A stretch of 64,000 bases of DNA from Obrimoposthia wandeli (Eukaryota): the NCBI GenBank assembly GCA_977020255.1, contig CDROCS010000253.1:4030001-4094000 (forward strand), in the 5' to 3' direction. Numbering within the stretch: the stretch's first letter is position 1; each line of letters opens with the position of its first letter. Both the position numbers and the translations under genes were made by a program. A model generated the notes under the pieces. It ran no database searches, was not told where the DNA came from, and was given only the letters and a program-made list of their open reading frames with translations. Below are positions 8,441 to 18,630 of the stretch, in pieces.

Positions 8441-10282
8441 TTATCCATTAAACTTTCTACGACGAAGACCCAATAAACTAAACAAGGCTAATATAGCAAC
8501 ACTGCTAATACTTGCCCCTTGCTTTTCAACCTTGTCTTCAACACTACCACAGTCGTCTACTTTACCAAGGGGAATAGGCTTAAGTAGTACAGCTCTAACG
8601 ACATCAATTCTGACGGGGTTACCGCTTTCATCAAGTCTCAACTCACCTTTAGCATCATAACTATCTGATTTAACAACGGCAGTAGCCGATATGACTCCTT
8701 CATCATTAATATCATTCGCTTTGAGTATATTGTACTCAGACTTACACACTAACAGGGTATTAATATCAATGATAACGGGTGATTCACTTGCTGAATCAAA
8801 CATAAAACCGGCAGTACGACGGGGGTTATTGGCACTATCATTATGGGTTTCTATTTCTCCTTCACCAACAATAACACCTGATGCGTTTACTGCAAAAGCA
8901 GTACTCTTTGAGGTTGTAAAGAAATCTTTTGGCATGATAATTTTCATTTCACTATCAGGAACGCTGGTGTCGACATAAAAAAACTTTTTAACAAGAGTAT
9001 TAATATCAGTGGTATAACCAACAACTAAACCATTATCATTAATATCATTAGCTCTAGAAAATGAAACGACTGAATTGGTATTAAACCTATAATGCAGCTG
9101 ATTAAAGTCAAAAACGACTTTATTACCCGCTTCATCCTCTTTAAATATCACCGCATAAGAGCCAGTTCTACGTTCATTTACTGCTGGCGTGATAACATCT
9201 TTATTATCCCAGCCGTGAGCATAACCAACAGCAACACCACTATTATTAACCGCAAGCGCTTGACTAGTGAAGGCCCTATCATCGTCAGCATGAGGAGTCA
9301 CTAACAGACCCAATTGCTCTGTTTCCACAACGTTATCAGCCGATAATGTCGCCTTGAATGCTTGAATGTAATACATACCGCTTTGAACTTTTTGTACACA
9401 AACCTCATAAGGGATGTCGTCTAAAATATTAGGATCAGCACAACCACCTGACTCGTCAAGTATATAAGTCTCCCTAAGTTCACTCAGTTTATAACTACTA
9501 TAGCCAACAGCGGTGCCATTTTCATTCATATCAAAAATAGCTGAAATACCCCCACCATAACGAGTTTCAATAGGTTGAACAGGATAAATTGTCGCACCAT
9601 TGTCTGGAGAGAAAAATCCTCGTTGCCCGTGTTCCCTTACCCAATGGGTTTTAAGTGTATTATTACTGCCTGTGACAACCCCATCGATAGGTAAATAAGG
9701 CGCGGTTGCGTTACCAAACATAATACCATTATTGGTAACGCCTTCAATGACATCAACTGTCGAAAGCGTACTTGAGCCTCCCGCACTGTAAATACCGTCA
9801 AAAGCGGTATCAAATATTCGTACTTCCGTAGACTTACTACCCTCTCCACCTTGATTAATCATGGCCGCAGTATCGCCAACGACTTGATATTCAAAGTTTG
9901 TAAGATTAATATTTCTATCTATTAGGTATAACTTTGTCCAAGCTAAGTCATTAGCTGTTGGCTCGGCAGCTTTCAATGCATCAAAATCTTCAATCACTTC
10001 AAGACCAAAATAATAGTCATGTTTTAAAAGTGCAAAACTTCTTATATTATTAAAATCATTTTCACTTAAGTATTGAAACTGCACCGGAAAATTATAGATA
10101 TTAGTACCAGAAACGGCCATAACCCCTTGGTTATTTTGTTTTTTACCGTAAGTATGCTCAAGATTTTCTGCATTACCTTTGTCGACTACTTCATAAGTAG
10201 CAGCGTGGCTGAAATTAAGGAAACCAACGCTTAACGCACTAGTAACCCCTAACACCAATATATTTTTTGCAAATTGCTTCAT
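8441..10282 (-). CDS. DUF3466-family exported protein with GlyGly-CTERM-like sorting tail
   Basis: Signal peptide, repeated A.DIN..G.VVG beta-propeller-like units, C-terminal G(A)S-hydrophobic helix-RRRK; conserved uup-DUF3466-rmf position. Confidence 0.8.
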   Translation of the reverse strand: MKQFAKNILVLGVTSALSVGFLNFSHAATYEVVDKGNAENLEHTYGKKQNNQGVMAVSGTNIYNFPVQFQYLSENDFNNIRSFALLKHDYYFGLEVIEDFDALKAAEPTANDLAWTKLYLIDRNINLTNFEYQVVGDTAAMINQGGEGSKSTEVRIFDTAFDGIYSAGGSSTLSTVDVIEGVTNNGIMFGNATAPYLPIDGVVTGSNNTLKTHWVREHGQRGFFSPDNGATIYPVQPIETRYGGGISAIFDMNENGTAVGYSSYKLSELRETYILDESGGCADPNILDDIPYEVCVQKVQSGMYYIQAFKATLSADNVVETEQLGLLVTPHADDDRAFTSQALAVNNSGVAVGYAHGWDNKDVITPAVNERRTGSYAVIFKEDEAGNKVVFDFNQLHYRFNTNSVVSFSRANDINDNGLVVGYTTDINTLVKKFFYVDTSVPDSEMKIIMPKDFFTTSKSTAFAVNASGVIVGEGEIETHNDSANNPRRTAGFMFDSASESPVIIDINTLLVCKSEYNILKANDINDEGVISATAVVKSDSYDAKGELRLDESGNPVRIDVVRAVLLKPIPLGKVDDCGSVEDKVEKQGASISSVAILALFSLLGLRRRKFNG

Positions 10283-10373
10283 ACTACTTATTTACTCTTT
10301 AAGGTTATTCTGTTCAATTCGTTTACGTTACACGAATTGAACGCTATTATTTAGGACAACAATGAGTTAATGA

Positions 10374-12311
10374 CTATTGATCATCAAGTTCTTGCCATCT
10401 GGCGTAGACGATTTCAAGGTTTGACTCACTTTCTGCCAGCTGGTTCAAAACTTTTTGCGTTATCTTTTCATCTTTGCTAAAAAAGTTCGCATCATTAACT
10501 TGTGCTTGCAGTGAATCAATCAACTTCTCTAATTCATCAACTTTTTCAGGTAACATTTCAAGTTCACGAGCATCTTTAAATGATAACTTTTTCTTTTTCG
10601 CTTCAGGCTCGGTCGACCCATAGTTTTGTTCAGCACTAGCACTGCTTTTAGTCTGCTTTTCTTGGTTGCTTTTTTGTTCCGCGCCTTCAGCCATATTTTG
10701 GCGCTGACCCTTTTTTAAAGCAAGGTAATCATCTACATCGTCATAACCGCCAACAATCTGATTAATCTGCCCTGTTCCATCAAAATACAGGCAAGTATTC
10801 ACACAATTATTAACAAAATCGCGATCATGGCTCACTAAAAGAACGGTGCCAGCATAATTTGCAACAACTTCTTCCAGTAATTCTAATGTTTCGATATCAA
10901 GATCGTTGGTCGGCTCATCGAGAATAAGTAAGTTACTAGGACGTAAAAATAATCGAGCCAGTAATAATCTATTTTTCTCTCCACCTGATAAAGCTCTTAC
11001 CGGAGTACGGGCTCTTTTAGGACTGAATAAGAAATCTTGTAGGTAACCTAACACATGGCGAGAACGACCATTAACCATAACCTCTTGCTTACCTTCACCA
11101 ACAATTTCTTGCACAGTTAGGTTTAAATCAAGGGCTTCGCGATGTTGATCAAAATAAGCAATATCTAAATTAACACCTGAGCGCATTTTGCCACTCGTTG
11201 CTGCTTGCTTTTCCATGATAAGTTTAATTAAAGTTGATTTACCCGTACCATTAGCACCTATTAAGGCTAATCGATCATTACGAGAAATAAGTAGATTGAG
11301 GTTTTCAATCACTACATTATCACCAAAGGCTACGCTAACATCTTCAGCTTCAAAGACCAGTTTGCCAGAACGATCACCTTGGGTAATATTCATGGTGCTT
11401 TGATTACGCACATCACGACGAGCGGTACGTTCAAGACGAAGTTTTTCTAGCGAGCGAACTCGACCTTCATTACGGGTACGACGGGCTTTAACCCCTTGAC
11501 GGATCCATACTTCTTCTTCCGCTAGTTTTTTATCAAATAGTGAATTCTGTTGCTCTTCTACTTGTAAATCATGCTGTTTTTGCTCGATATACAAATCGTA
11601 ATCACCCGGATAGCTTTTCAATTTACCGCGATCTAAATCTAAAATACGGGTAGATAAACCACGGATAAACGCTCTATCATGACTAATAAAAATAATAGTA
11701 CCGGCAAAGTCTTTTAAGAATTGCTCTAGCCATAACACACTTTCAATATCTAGATGGTTAGTTGGCTCATCAAGTAATAAGATATCAGGACTGGTCACAA
11801 GCGCTTTAGCCAACGCAACTTTACGTAACCAACCACCAGATAAGTCACAAATTCTTGCGTCTGCATCCAATGATAAAGTAGTCATGGCTTGGTCAATGCG
11901 CTGTTCATCTAACCATGCATTGGCTTTTTCAAGCTCTTCTTGCACGTTTGCTAACTTGTTAAGATTTTTGTCACTTGGATCTTCACCAATCAAGTGAATT
12001 AAAGCATGATAACGACGGATAAGTTCGGCGTTTTCTTTTACCCCTTCAGCAACGTAATCAAACACTGTGATATCAGATGATTCAGGTGGATCTTGTTCTA
12101 ACATTGACATCTTCATGGTACTAGACTTTAAAATCTGACCATCGTCTAAACCTTGCAAGTCCATTAATATCTTCATTAACGTAGACTTACCTGCACCATT
12201 ACGCCCTACTAAACAGATGCGTTCGCCGGTTTGTACACTTAAATCTGCTTTGTTTAAAATTTTATCTTCGCCGAAGGCAAGCTCACCATTGGCTATTCTT
12301 AATAATTCCAT
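10374..12311 (-). CDS. uup: ABC-F family ATPase Uup
   Basis: Two ABC domains (GRNGAGKST, LSGGWLRK, LDEPTNHLD; GANGTGKST, LSGGEKNR), no TM segments, C-terminal coiled coil; downstream of rlmKL. Confidence 0.93.
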   Translation of the reverse strand: MELLRIANGELAFGEDKILNKADLSVQTGERICLVGRNGAGKSTLMKILMDLQGLDDGQILKSSTMKMSMLEQDPPESSDITVFDYVAEGVKENAELIRRYHALIHLIGEDPSDKNLNKLANVQEELEKANAWLDEQRIDQAMTTLSLDADARICDLSGGWLRKVALAKALVTSPDILLLDEPTNHLDIESVLWLEQFLKDFAGTIIFISHDRAFIRGLSTRILDLDRGKLKSYPGDYDLYIEQKQHDLQVEEQQNSLFDKKLAEEEVWIRQGVKARRTRNEGRVRSLEKLRLERTARRDVRNQSTMNITQGDRSGKLVFEAEDVSVAFGDNVVIENLNLLISRNDRLALIGANGTGKSTLIKLIMEKQAATSGKMRSGVNLDIAYFDQHREALDLNLTVQEIVGEGKQEVMVNGRSRHVLGYLQDFLFSPKRARTPVRALSGGEKNRLLLARLFLRPSNLLILDEPTNDLDIETLELLEEVVANYAGTVLLVSHDRDFVNNCVNTCLYFDGTGQINQIVGGYDDVDDYLALKKGQRQNMAEGAEQKSNQEKQTKSSASAEQNYGSTEPEAKKKKLSFKDARELEMLPEKVDELEKLIDSLQAQVNDANFFSKDEKITQKVLNQLAESESNLEIVYARWQELDDQ

Positions 12312-12333
12312 AATTCCATAATTCTTGTAATTG

Positions 12334-12597
12334 CTACAGGCTTAGTTGTTCAACTTGCGCTTGGGTAAATGGCCAAAACAGTTTAGTATTTTCACTGCTG
12401 TTTTGTGCTAACTTTTCGAGTACGGGAATGTGCACACCATACAACTCGACCAGTGTTTTCGTTTCATGGTCAACATTTTCTTGTTCAATAATGTCAACTT
12501 GCGTTAACTGCTCAACAGGTAATACCGTTAAACAAATGGCTAACGCTTGTTCACATAAATGACAGCCATCGCTGCCATACAAATTATACTTAGTCAT
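12334..12597 (-). CDS. Glutaredoxin-like protein (DUF836 type)
   Basis: GCHLCEQA CxxC motif, YGVHIPVL, LFWPF. Confidence 0.8.
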   Translation of the reverse strand: MTKYNLYGSDGCHLCEQALAICLTVLPVEQLTQVDIIEQENVDHETKTLVELYGVHIPVLEKLAQNSSENTKLFWPFTQAQVEQLSL

Positions 12598-12634
12598 TAT
12601 GATTAACTACTTACTTATGTCTAAATATGCCTAC

Positions 12635-14782
12635 TTATGTCGCTGTACGCTTAATAGACCAACTATTATGAATGTGCTTGTTACGAGCGAAATCTTTATC
12701 ACGCGTCACATCAGACATTGCTTCTGCGCTTAAGCCCAGTTCAGTCAATGCTTCAAAATCTATCTTAAAATTACGTTTGTTATTAGTGAAAAATATTTCA
12801 CCGCCCCTATTAAGTGATTTTAACGCATCTGTAATTAATGCAACATGATCTCTTTGTACATCAAAGCTATCTTCCATACGCTTTGAATTAGAAAATGTTG
12901 GTGGGTCAATAAAGATGACATCAAACTTGTTAACATTCTTCTTCAACCAATCTAAACAGTCTGCTTGAATAAATTGATATTTATGACCGTTCAGCTTATT
13001 TAAGGCAAAGTTATCTTCTGCCCAATTTAAATAGGTATTAGACATATCAACGGTGGTAATCGACGCAGCGCCTTGAACAGCAGCTTGCACTGATACCGAT
13101 CCCGTATAAGCAAATAAATTAAGTAATGATTTGCCTTGAGATTTTTTCGCAACTATTTGACGGGTTTTACGGTGATCTAAAAACAAGCCCGTATCGAGAT
13201 AATCCCATAAGTTAATTTTAAACAATGCACCATGTTCATTAATAGTCAGTGATTGTTTCGTTTTTTCTAATCGTTCATATTGATTTGCGCCTCTTTGCTT
13301 AGCACGCGTTTTCAAAATCACTTTATCTCTTGGAATACCTAATACCTTCGGCGCCCAATAAATAACTTCTTGCAGACGTTTTTGCGCTTTATCTTCTTCA
13401 ATAGTTTTTGGCGCGGCGTACTCTTGTATTACTAAATACTCACCGTAAAGATCAATGGCAACATTATATTCTGGAATATCACCATCATATAAACGGTATG
13501 CTTCAATTTCATTTGATTTCAACCAGCCCTTTAAACTTTTACGGTTTTTCTTTAAGCGGTTAGCAAAGGCACTATCTTCTTCAGCAAAGTCAGATTGTGG
13601 ATTTGCCACATCTTTTGCCCCTTGTCTTGCATCAAGGTTATATAAAGCTAATTGACAATCTAACGGACCATTTTTAAATTTATAACGCTTAAAACTCGAC
13701 AGTTTCAACATAGAGAGCAAATCAACATTCGCCGTCAATATGGCAATACGCCAATCTTTAAACTGTGTTTTAAGTTTTTGACCGAATAAAACGAAGTTTT
13801 CTACTAACTCAGGTAATTCACCAATACGTTCACCATAAGGTGGATTAAATAAAATAGTACCCGGTTGTCCAAAGGTATTATCCATGTCATTGGTGTTTTT
13901 ACAGGTATACTCTATATATTGGTGTAACTGTGCATTACGGGCATTTTGTTGCGCCGTTCTTATTACACGTTCATCTATGTCGATACCAAAGACTTTCACT
14001 TTGAGATTCGTCATATTTTCTTCAGAGCTGTCTATTGCTAGCGTTAATTGCTTTTGCCAAATAGCGTTATCATGAGATAACCACGATTCAAAGCCCCATG
14101 ATAACCGATTAATAGCAGGTGCTTGCTTAGCAGCCATTGAAACAGCTTCAATCAAAATTGTGCCTGAACCACACATAGGATCAACCAACGGCTTGCTGGT
14201 ATCATTTAACCAACCCGAACGTATTATTAATGCTGCCGCTAAATTTTCTTTTAAAGGAGCTGCGCCACTGTGCTCGCGATATCCTCGTTGGAATAAACCT
14301 CGGCCGGAAAAATCAAGAAAAATAGTAACGTTATCTCTTAATAGACGAGCCTGAAAACTAATTTGTGGTGCTTTTTTATCAACGTTAGGACGTTCGAAAC
14401 CTTGATCTCTAAATTGATCAACTATCGCATCCTTAATTGTTAAGCCACCAAACTGACTATTACGAATTTCTTCGCTATAACCAACAAAGTCGACTGCAAA
14501 GGTAGTAGTAGACTTAAATATATCTGGCCAGTTAATACTACTAGCGGCTTTAAACAATTCATCTTTATCTTTTGATTCACCCTCACCTAGTTTAAGCATG
14601 ATACGTGTAGCAAGACGTGTCCAAAGAGAAATTTTATATCCCAAAGCTAAAGAAGCTTGAAAATAAACCCCTTCAGGTTTTTGTATAACGTTAAATGCGC
14701 CGAGACTTTTTATTTCATCGAACAGTAAAACTTCAATACCAGGAGAAGTTAAAGCTAAAAATTGTTGTGTGGATTCTTTCAT
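12635..14782 (-). CDS. rlmL: Bifunctional 23S rRNA m2G2445/m7G2069 methyltransferase RlmKL
   Basis: THUMP + APLKENLAAA + DPMCGSGT + NPPYGER; second MTase domain LNLFAYTGS, DPPTFSNSK. Start moved from 14860 to the ATG at 14782. Confidence 0.95.
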   Translation of the reverse strand: MKESTQQFLALTSPGIEVLLFDEIKSLGAFNVIQKPEGVYFQASLALGYKISLWTRLATRIMLKLGEGESKDKDELFKAASSINWPDIFKSTTTFAVDFVGYSEEIRNSQFGGLTIKDAIVDQFRDQGFERPNVDKKAPQISFQARLLRDNVTIFLDFSGRGLFQRGYREHSGAAPLKENLAAALIIRSGWLNDTSKPLVDPMCGSGTILIEAVSMAAKQAPAINRLSWGFESWLSHDNAIWQKQLTLAIDSSEENMTNLKVKVFGIDIDERVIRTAQQNARNAQLHQYIEYTCKNTNDMDNTFGQPGTILFNPPYGERIGELPELVENFVLFGQKLKTQFKDWRIAILTANVDLLSMLKLSSFKRYKFKNGPLDCQLALYNLDARQGAKDVANPQSDFAEEDSAFANRLKKNRKSLKGWLKSNEIEAYRLYDGDIPEYNVAIDLYGEYLVIQEYAAPKTIEEDKAQKRLQEVIYWAPKVLGIPRDKVILKTRAKQRGANQYERLEKTKQSLTINEHGALFKINLWDYLDTGLFLDHRKTRQIVAKKSQGKSLLNLFAYTGSVSVQAAVQGAASITTVDMSNTYLNWAEDNFALNKLNGHKYQFIQADCLDWLKKNVNKFDVIFIDPPTFSNSKRMEDSFDVQRDHVALITDALKSLNRGGEIFFTNNKRNFKIDFEALTELGLSAEAMSDVTRDKDFARNKHIHNSWSIKRTAT

Positions 14783-14954
14783 GGTGAATTTCCGAAGTAA
14801 GCAGCAAGAGCAGCAGCAGAGTAATCTATGGGCGCGATTATATACGCAAACGCAAAGCACATAAACAAAAGTTAACTTTTACTGACCTAAACTGCCTGAT
14901 TTTTACACGTAACGATTGAGAATCATGCGAACAGTAATTTATTTATAAAAGCGC

Positions 14955-14983
14955 TTGCTTTATCGATGCTCTATCCTTACTAT
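14955..14983 (+). promoter_or_regulatory. Sigma70 promoter of the tRNA-fMet array
   Basis: TTGCTT-17 nt-TACTAT followed by a GC-rich discriminator (ACGCATCGC). Confidence 0.7.
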
Positions 14984-15096
14984 ACGCATCGCTTTCAGGG
15001 AGTAACCTTTCTTAAAGCAACTTCACGCAATAAGAAGTAAAATATTGTGGCTTGTTTAAATATTTATTAGCAATAGTAATATTTGAACCATTCGGA

Positions 15097-15112
15097 CGCG
15101 GGATGGAGCAGC

Positions 15113-15147
<35 letters not shown>

Positions 15148-15173
15148 CAGTTCAAATCTGGCTCCCGCAACCA
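15097..15173 (+). tRNA. Initiator tRNA-fMet(CAT), copy 1
   Basis: 77 nt, C1:A72 mismatch, three G-C pairs in the anticodon stem (TCGGG-CT-CAT-AA-CCCGA), CCA. Confidence 0.97.
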
Positions 15174-15279
15174 ACTTGTTTATTTAAAAATAAGTATAAA
15201 AATAATTCCTGAGTTTGAATTAAAATAACTTGGCTTGTTTAGGTATTTACTAGCAATAGTGATACTTAAACCATTCGGA

Positions 15280-15295
15280 CGCGGGATGGAGCAGC

Positions 15296-15330
<35 letters not shown>

Positions 15331-15356
15331 CAGTTCAAATCTGGCTCCCGCAACCA
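15280..15356 (+). tRNA. Initiator tRNA-fMet(CAT), copy 2
   Basis: Identical to copy 1. Confidence 0.97.
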
Positions 15357-15517
15357 ACTTATTTCTTTAGAGAGATTTAAAGAGATAAGTATAAAAATCA
15401 GGTCGTCAGTTCCCTCTTCATAAGATAAGGGCTCCGAAAACCAATTCTTAAGTTTGAATTAAAACAACTTGGCTTGTTTAACATTTACTAGTAATAGTAA
15501 TAATTAAACCATTCGGA

Positions 15518-15524
15518 CGCGGGA

Positions 15525-15568
<44 letters not shown>

Positions 15569-15594
15569 CAGTTCAAATCTGGCTCCCGCAACCA
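15518..15594 (+). tRNA. Initiator tRNA-fMet(CAT), copy 3 (D-loop C>T variant)
   Basis: GCAGTCTGG instead of GCAGCCTGG. Confidence 0.97.
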
Positions 15595-15734
15595 ACTTTT
15601 CTCAAGTATAAAGAGAAGGTCATCAGCTCCCTCTTCATTAGATAAGGGCTCCGAAAACCAATTCTTAAGTTTGAATTAAAACAACTTGGCTTGTTTAACA
15701 TTTACTAGTAATAGTGATAATTAAACCATTCGGA

Positions 15735-15741
15735 CGCGGGA

Positions 15742-15785
<44 letters not shown>

Positions 15786-15811
15786 CAGTTCAAATCTGGC
15801 TCCCGCAACCA
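15735..15811 (+). tRNA. Initiator tRNA-fMet(CAT), copy 4 (T variant)
   Basis: Identical to copy 3; 217-bp period. Confidence 0.97.
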
Positions 15812-15951
15812 ACTTTTCTCAAGTATAAAGAGAAGGTCATCAGCTCCCTCTTCATTAGATAAGGGCTCCGAAAACCAATTCTTAAGTTTGAATTAAAACA
15901 ACTTGGCTTGTTTAACATTTACTAGTAATAGTGATAATTAAACCATTCGGA

Positions 15952-15958
15952 CGCGGGA

Positions 15959-16002
<44 letters not shown>

Positions 16003-16028
16003 CAGTTCAAATCTGGCTCCCGCAACCA
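15952..16028 (+). tRNA. Initiator tRNA-fMet(CAT), copy 5 (T variant)
   Basis: Identical to copy 3; 217-bp period. Confidence 0.97.
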
Positions 16029-16151
16029 ACTTTTCTCAAGTATAAAGAGAAGGTCATCAGCTCCCTCTTCATTAGATAAGGGCTCCGAAAACCAATTCTT
16101 AAGTTTGAATTAAAACAACTTGGCTTCCTACTTTCTAGTAGGTCATTCGGA

Positions 16152-16167
16152 CGCGGGATGGAGCAGC

Positions 16168-16202
<35 letters not shown>

Positions 16203-16228
16203 CAGTTCAAATCTGGCTCCCGCAACCA
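16152..16228 (+). tRNA. Initiator tRNA-fMet(CAT), copy 6
   Basis: Identical to copy 1. Confidence 0.97.
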
Positions 16229-16600
16229 ACTTTTATCAAGTATAAAGAGAAGGTCATCAGTTCCCTCTTCATTAGATAAGAGCTCCCGAAAGAAATATCA
16301 ATGTAAACTCCCTATTAATATTATCCAGTCCAGCAGCTAATACTAAATAACTGATAAATCTACTTTATCTTTTTATTATCTTAATTCCTTACAACAAAAT
16401 AATATCCCAATACTCCCTATTGCTCAATCAAGCACCTTGTTCTTGAACAATTAATTATCATTAAATTCTGTAACCTTAATTAATCCAAAGGGTATAATTC
16501 CCCTTTAACTATTGTCATTGACAATTTATCATTGAATAATACCGTTAAGATAAATATAGTATCGATCTAGCACTAATAATTTATACGAAAAAGGATTTCT

Positions 16601-17563
16601 ATGGCTGGTGCAAGTTTACTAACCTTATTGGATGATATTGCCATGCTACTCGATGATGTAGCTGTTTTATCAAAGGTAGCCGCAAAAAAAACCGCAGGAG
16701 TTTTAGGTGATGACTTAGCTGTAAATGCCGAGCAACTTTCTGGTGGCTTAAAAGCAGATCGAGAACTACCCGTTGTTTGGTCTGTTTTTAAAGGATCTAT
16801 GCGTAATAAGGCTATTTTAGTGCCTATTGCTTTATTACTGAGTTACTTTCTACCTATGATAATAATGCCCTTGCTAATGCTAGGTGGTGCTTATTTATGT
16901 TATGAAGGTTTTGAGAAAGTTTGGCATAAATTTTCCCATAGAAATGAACATTTACAGCAACATGAAGCGCTAGTGACTGCACTACAAGATGAAAGTATAG
17001 ATATTACCCTTTATGAAAAAGATAAGATAAAAGGTGCTATTCGTACCGATTTCATCCTCTCAGCAGAAATTATTATTATTGCTTTAGGTACTGTGGCAGA
17101 TAAGCCAATAACGACTCAAATATCAGTGTTAGTTTTCATTGCCATTTTGATGACAATAGGTGTTTATGGCTTAGTCGCTGGTATTGTCAAAATTGATGAT
17201 GGTGGTCTGTTACTGATTAAAGATAAATCAGTTAGCCTTTGGGCAAAAGCAAAACGTGCGTTAGGTTACTTTATGATTTCTTTTGCACCGAAATTAATGA
17301 AGTTTCTAGCGTTTGCAGGCACTGTCGCTATGTGGCTAGTGGGCGGCTCACTTATTACTCACGGCATACCTGCTTTTCATCACATCATTGAATCAGCAAC
17401 ACACTTTGCCGCTAACCTCCCTATCTTTTCAGGACTATTGGTTGCGATTACCCCAATGTTAATAAACTTATTAGTTGGCTTTATTTTAGGAGCAATACTG
17501 GTATTTATCTCTTTGGTGATAATGAAAGTAACTAAAAAACAAATATTTAATGGCATAAAATGA
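16601..17563 (+). CDS. DUF808 (YedI-like) inner-membrane protein
   Basis: MAGASLLTLLDDIA.LLDDVA.LSKVAAKKTAGVLGDDLAVNAEQ; GAIRTDFILSAEI. Confidence 0.85.
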   Translation: MAGASLLTLLDDIAMLLDDVAVLSKVAAKKTAGVLGDDLAVNAEQLSGGLKADRELPVVWSVFKGSMRNKAILVPIALLLSYFLPMIIMPLLMLGGAYLCYEGFEKVWHKFSHRNEHLQQHEALVTALQDESIDITLYEKDKIKGAIRTDFILSAEIIIIALGTVADKPITTQISVLVFIAILMTIGVYGLVAGIVKIDDGGLLLIKDKSVSLWAKAKRALGYFMISFAPKLMKFLAFAGTVAMWLVGGSLITHGIPAFHHIIESATHFAANLPIFSGLLVAITPMLINLLVGFILGAILVFISLVIMKVTKKQIFNGIK

Positions 17564-17586
17564 GTGGTGAGCTAATAGGTCGTCTA

Positions 17587-18588
17587 TTAGCTCACAAGTA
17601 AAACTAATTTCCCTACATTTTCATTCTTAGCCATTTTTTCATGAGCCTGCTCGACTTGCTGCCATGGATAAACCGAATCAATTATCGGTTTTATTTTGCC
17701 CTCGGCTAAATCAGCATAAAAATCATTGATGAAACTCGTAACCAGCTGGGCTTTATAGTCATCACTGCGGTTGCGTAATGTTGAAGCAGATAACGTTAAT
17801 CTTTTTGCCAACAGTTTTGCTATATCAACTTGTGAACAATATCGCCCACCTAACATTGATAAAGTAACTATATGGCCATCAAGTGCGGCTACATTAATAT
17901 TTTTAGCTAAATACTCACCACTAACAACATCAATGATGACATCAAAACCTGAGGGGACATTTTTTTTAGACCAAGAAACAAAATCATTTTTCTGGTAATT
18001 TATAGCTGAGTCAGCGCCAAGTGTTAGGCACGCTTGCACTTTAGATTCACTGCCCACAGTCACTGTTACATGACATTGTTTCGCTTTCGCAAGTTGTATT
18101 GCAGCACTGCCTACACCACTTGCGCCAGCATGGATAAGTACTCTACTTTTATCCGCTAATTTAGCGATACTGAATAAGCTTTGATAAGCGGTTAAAAACA
18201 CTTCTGCACATGCTGCACCTTGCTCAAAAGTAAACCGCTCTGGCAAAAAAAATAGTTGCGTAGCTTTTACTTTGACATATTGAGCGTATCCGCCACCAGC
18301 AACTAAAGCGAAAACTTTATCACCGACTTGCCATGGCTTTGCTAAATGATTATCAGAAACCGCCTCGCCACATTGTACGATTTCACCCGAAACTTCCAAA
18401 CCAAGGATCAATGACTCCCCCGCAGGTGGCGGATATTTACCAGCACGCTGCAACAAATCTGCTCGATTAATACCTATAGCGTGAACTTTAATCAAACACT
18501 CATCAGAGGCTATTTCAGGCATAACGGTTTGACTCAACACTAATGATTGCTGGTTATCAACATGGATATATTTCAAGGGGGATATCAC
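17587..18588 (-). CDS. NAD(P)H-quinone oxidoreductase, PIG3/zeta-crystallin family
   Basis: GINRADLLQRAGKYPPP.G.S.ILGLEVSG; VLIHAGASGVGSAAIQLAK. Confidence 0.9.
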   Translation of the reverse strand: MISPLKYIHVDNQQSLVLSQTVMPEIASDECLIKVHAIGINRADLLQRAGKYPPPAGESLILGLEVSGEIVQCGEAVSDNHLAKPWQVGDKVFALVAGGGYAQYVKVKATQLFFLPERFTFEQGAACAEVFLTAYQSLFSIAKLADKSRVLIHAGASGVGSAAIQLAKAKQCHVTVTVGSESKVQACLTLGADSAINYQKNDFVSWSKKNVPSGFDVIIDVVSGEYLAKNINVAALDGHIVTLSMLGGRYCSQVDIAKLLAKRLTLSASTLRNRSDDYKAQLVTSFINDFYADLAEGKIKPIIDSVYPWQQVEQAHEKMAKNENVGKLVLLVS

Positions 18589-18630
18589 CTTAGGTTGGGC
18601 TTTATTGGTTAAATCGAGAGAGGTATTAAG

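Noticed and set aside
14783-14860. Cys-rich N-terminal extension of RlmKL (MLCVCVYN...CCSCC)
   Set aside because: Artefact of an upstream alternative start; homology begins at MKEST/QFLALTSPG.
15097-16228. Regularly spaced repeats resembling a CRISPR array
   Set aside because: The 77-nt repeats are complete initiator tRNAs, spacers are homologous to each other rather than unique, and no cas genes are present.
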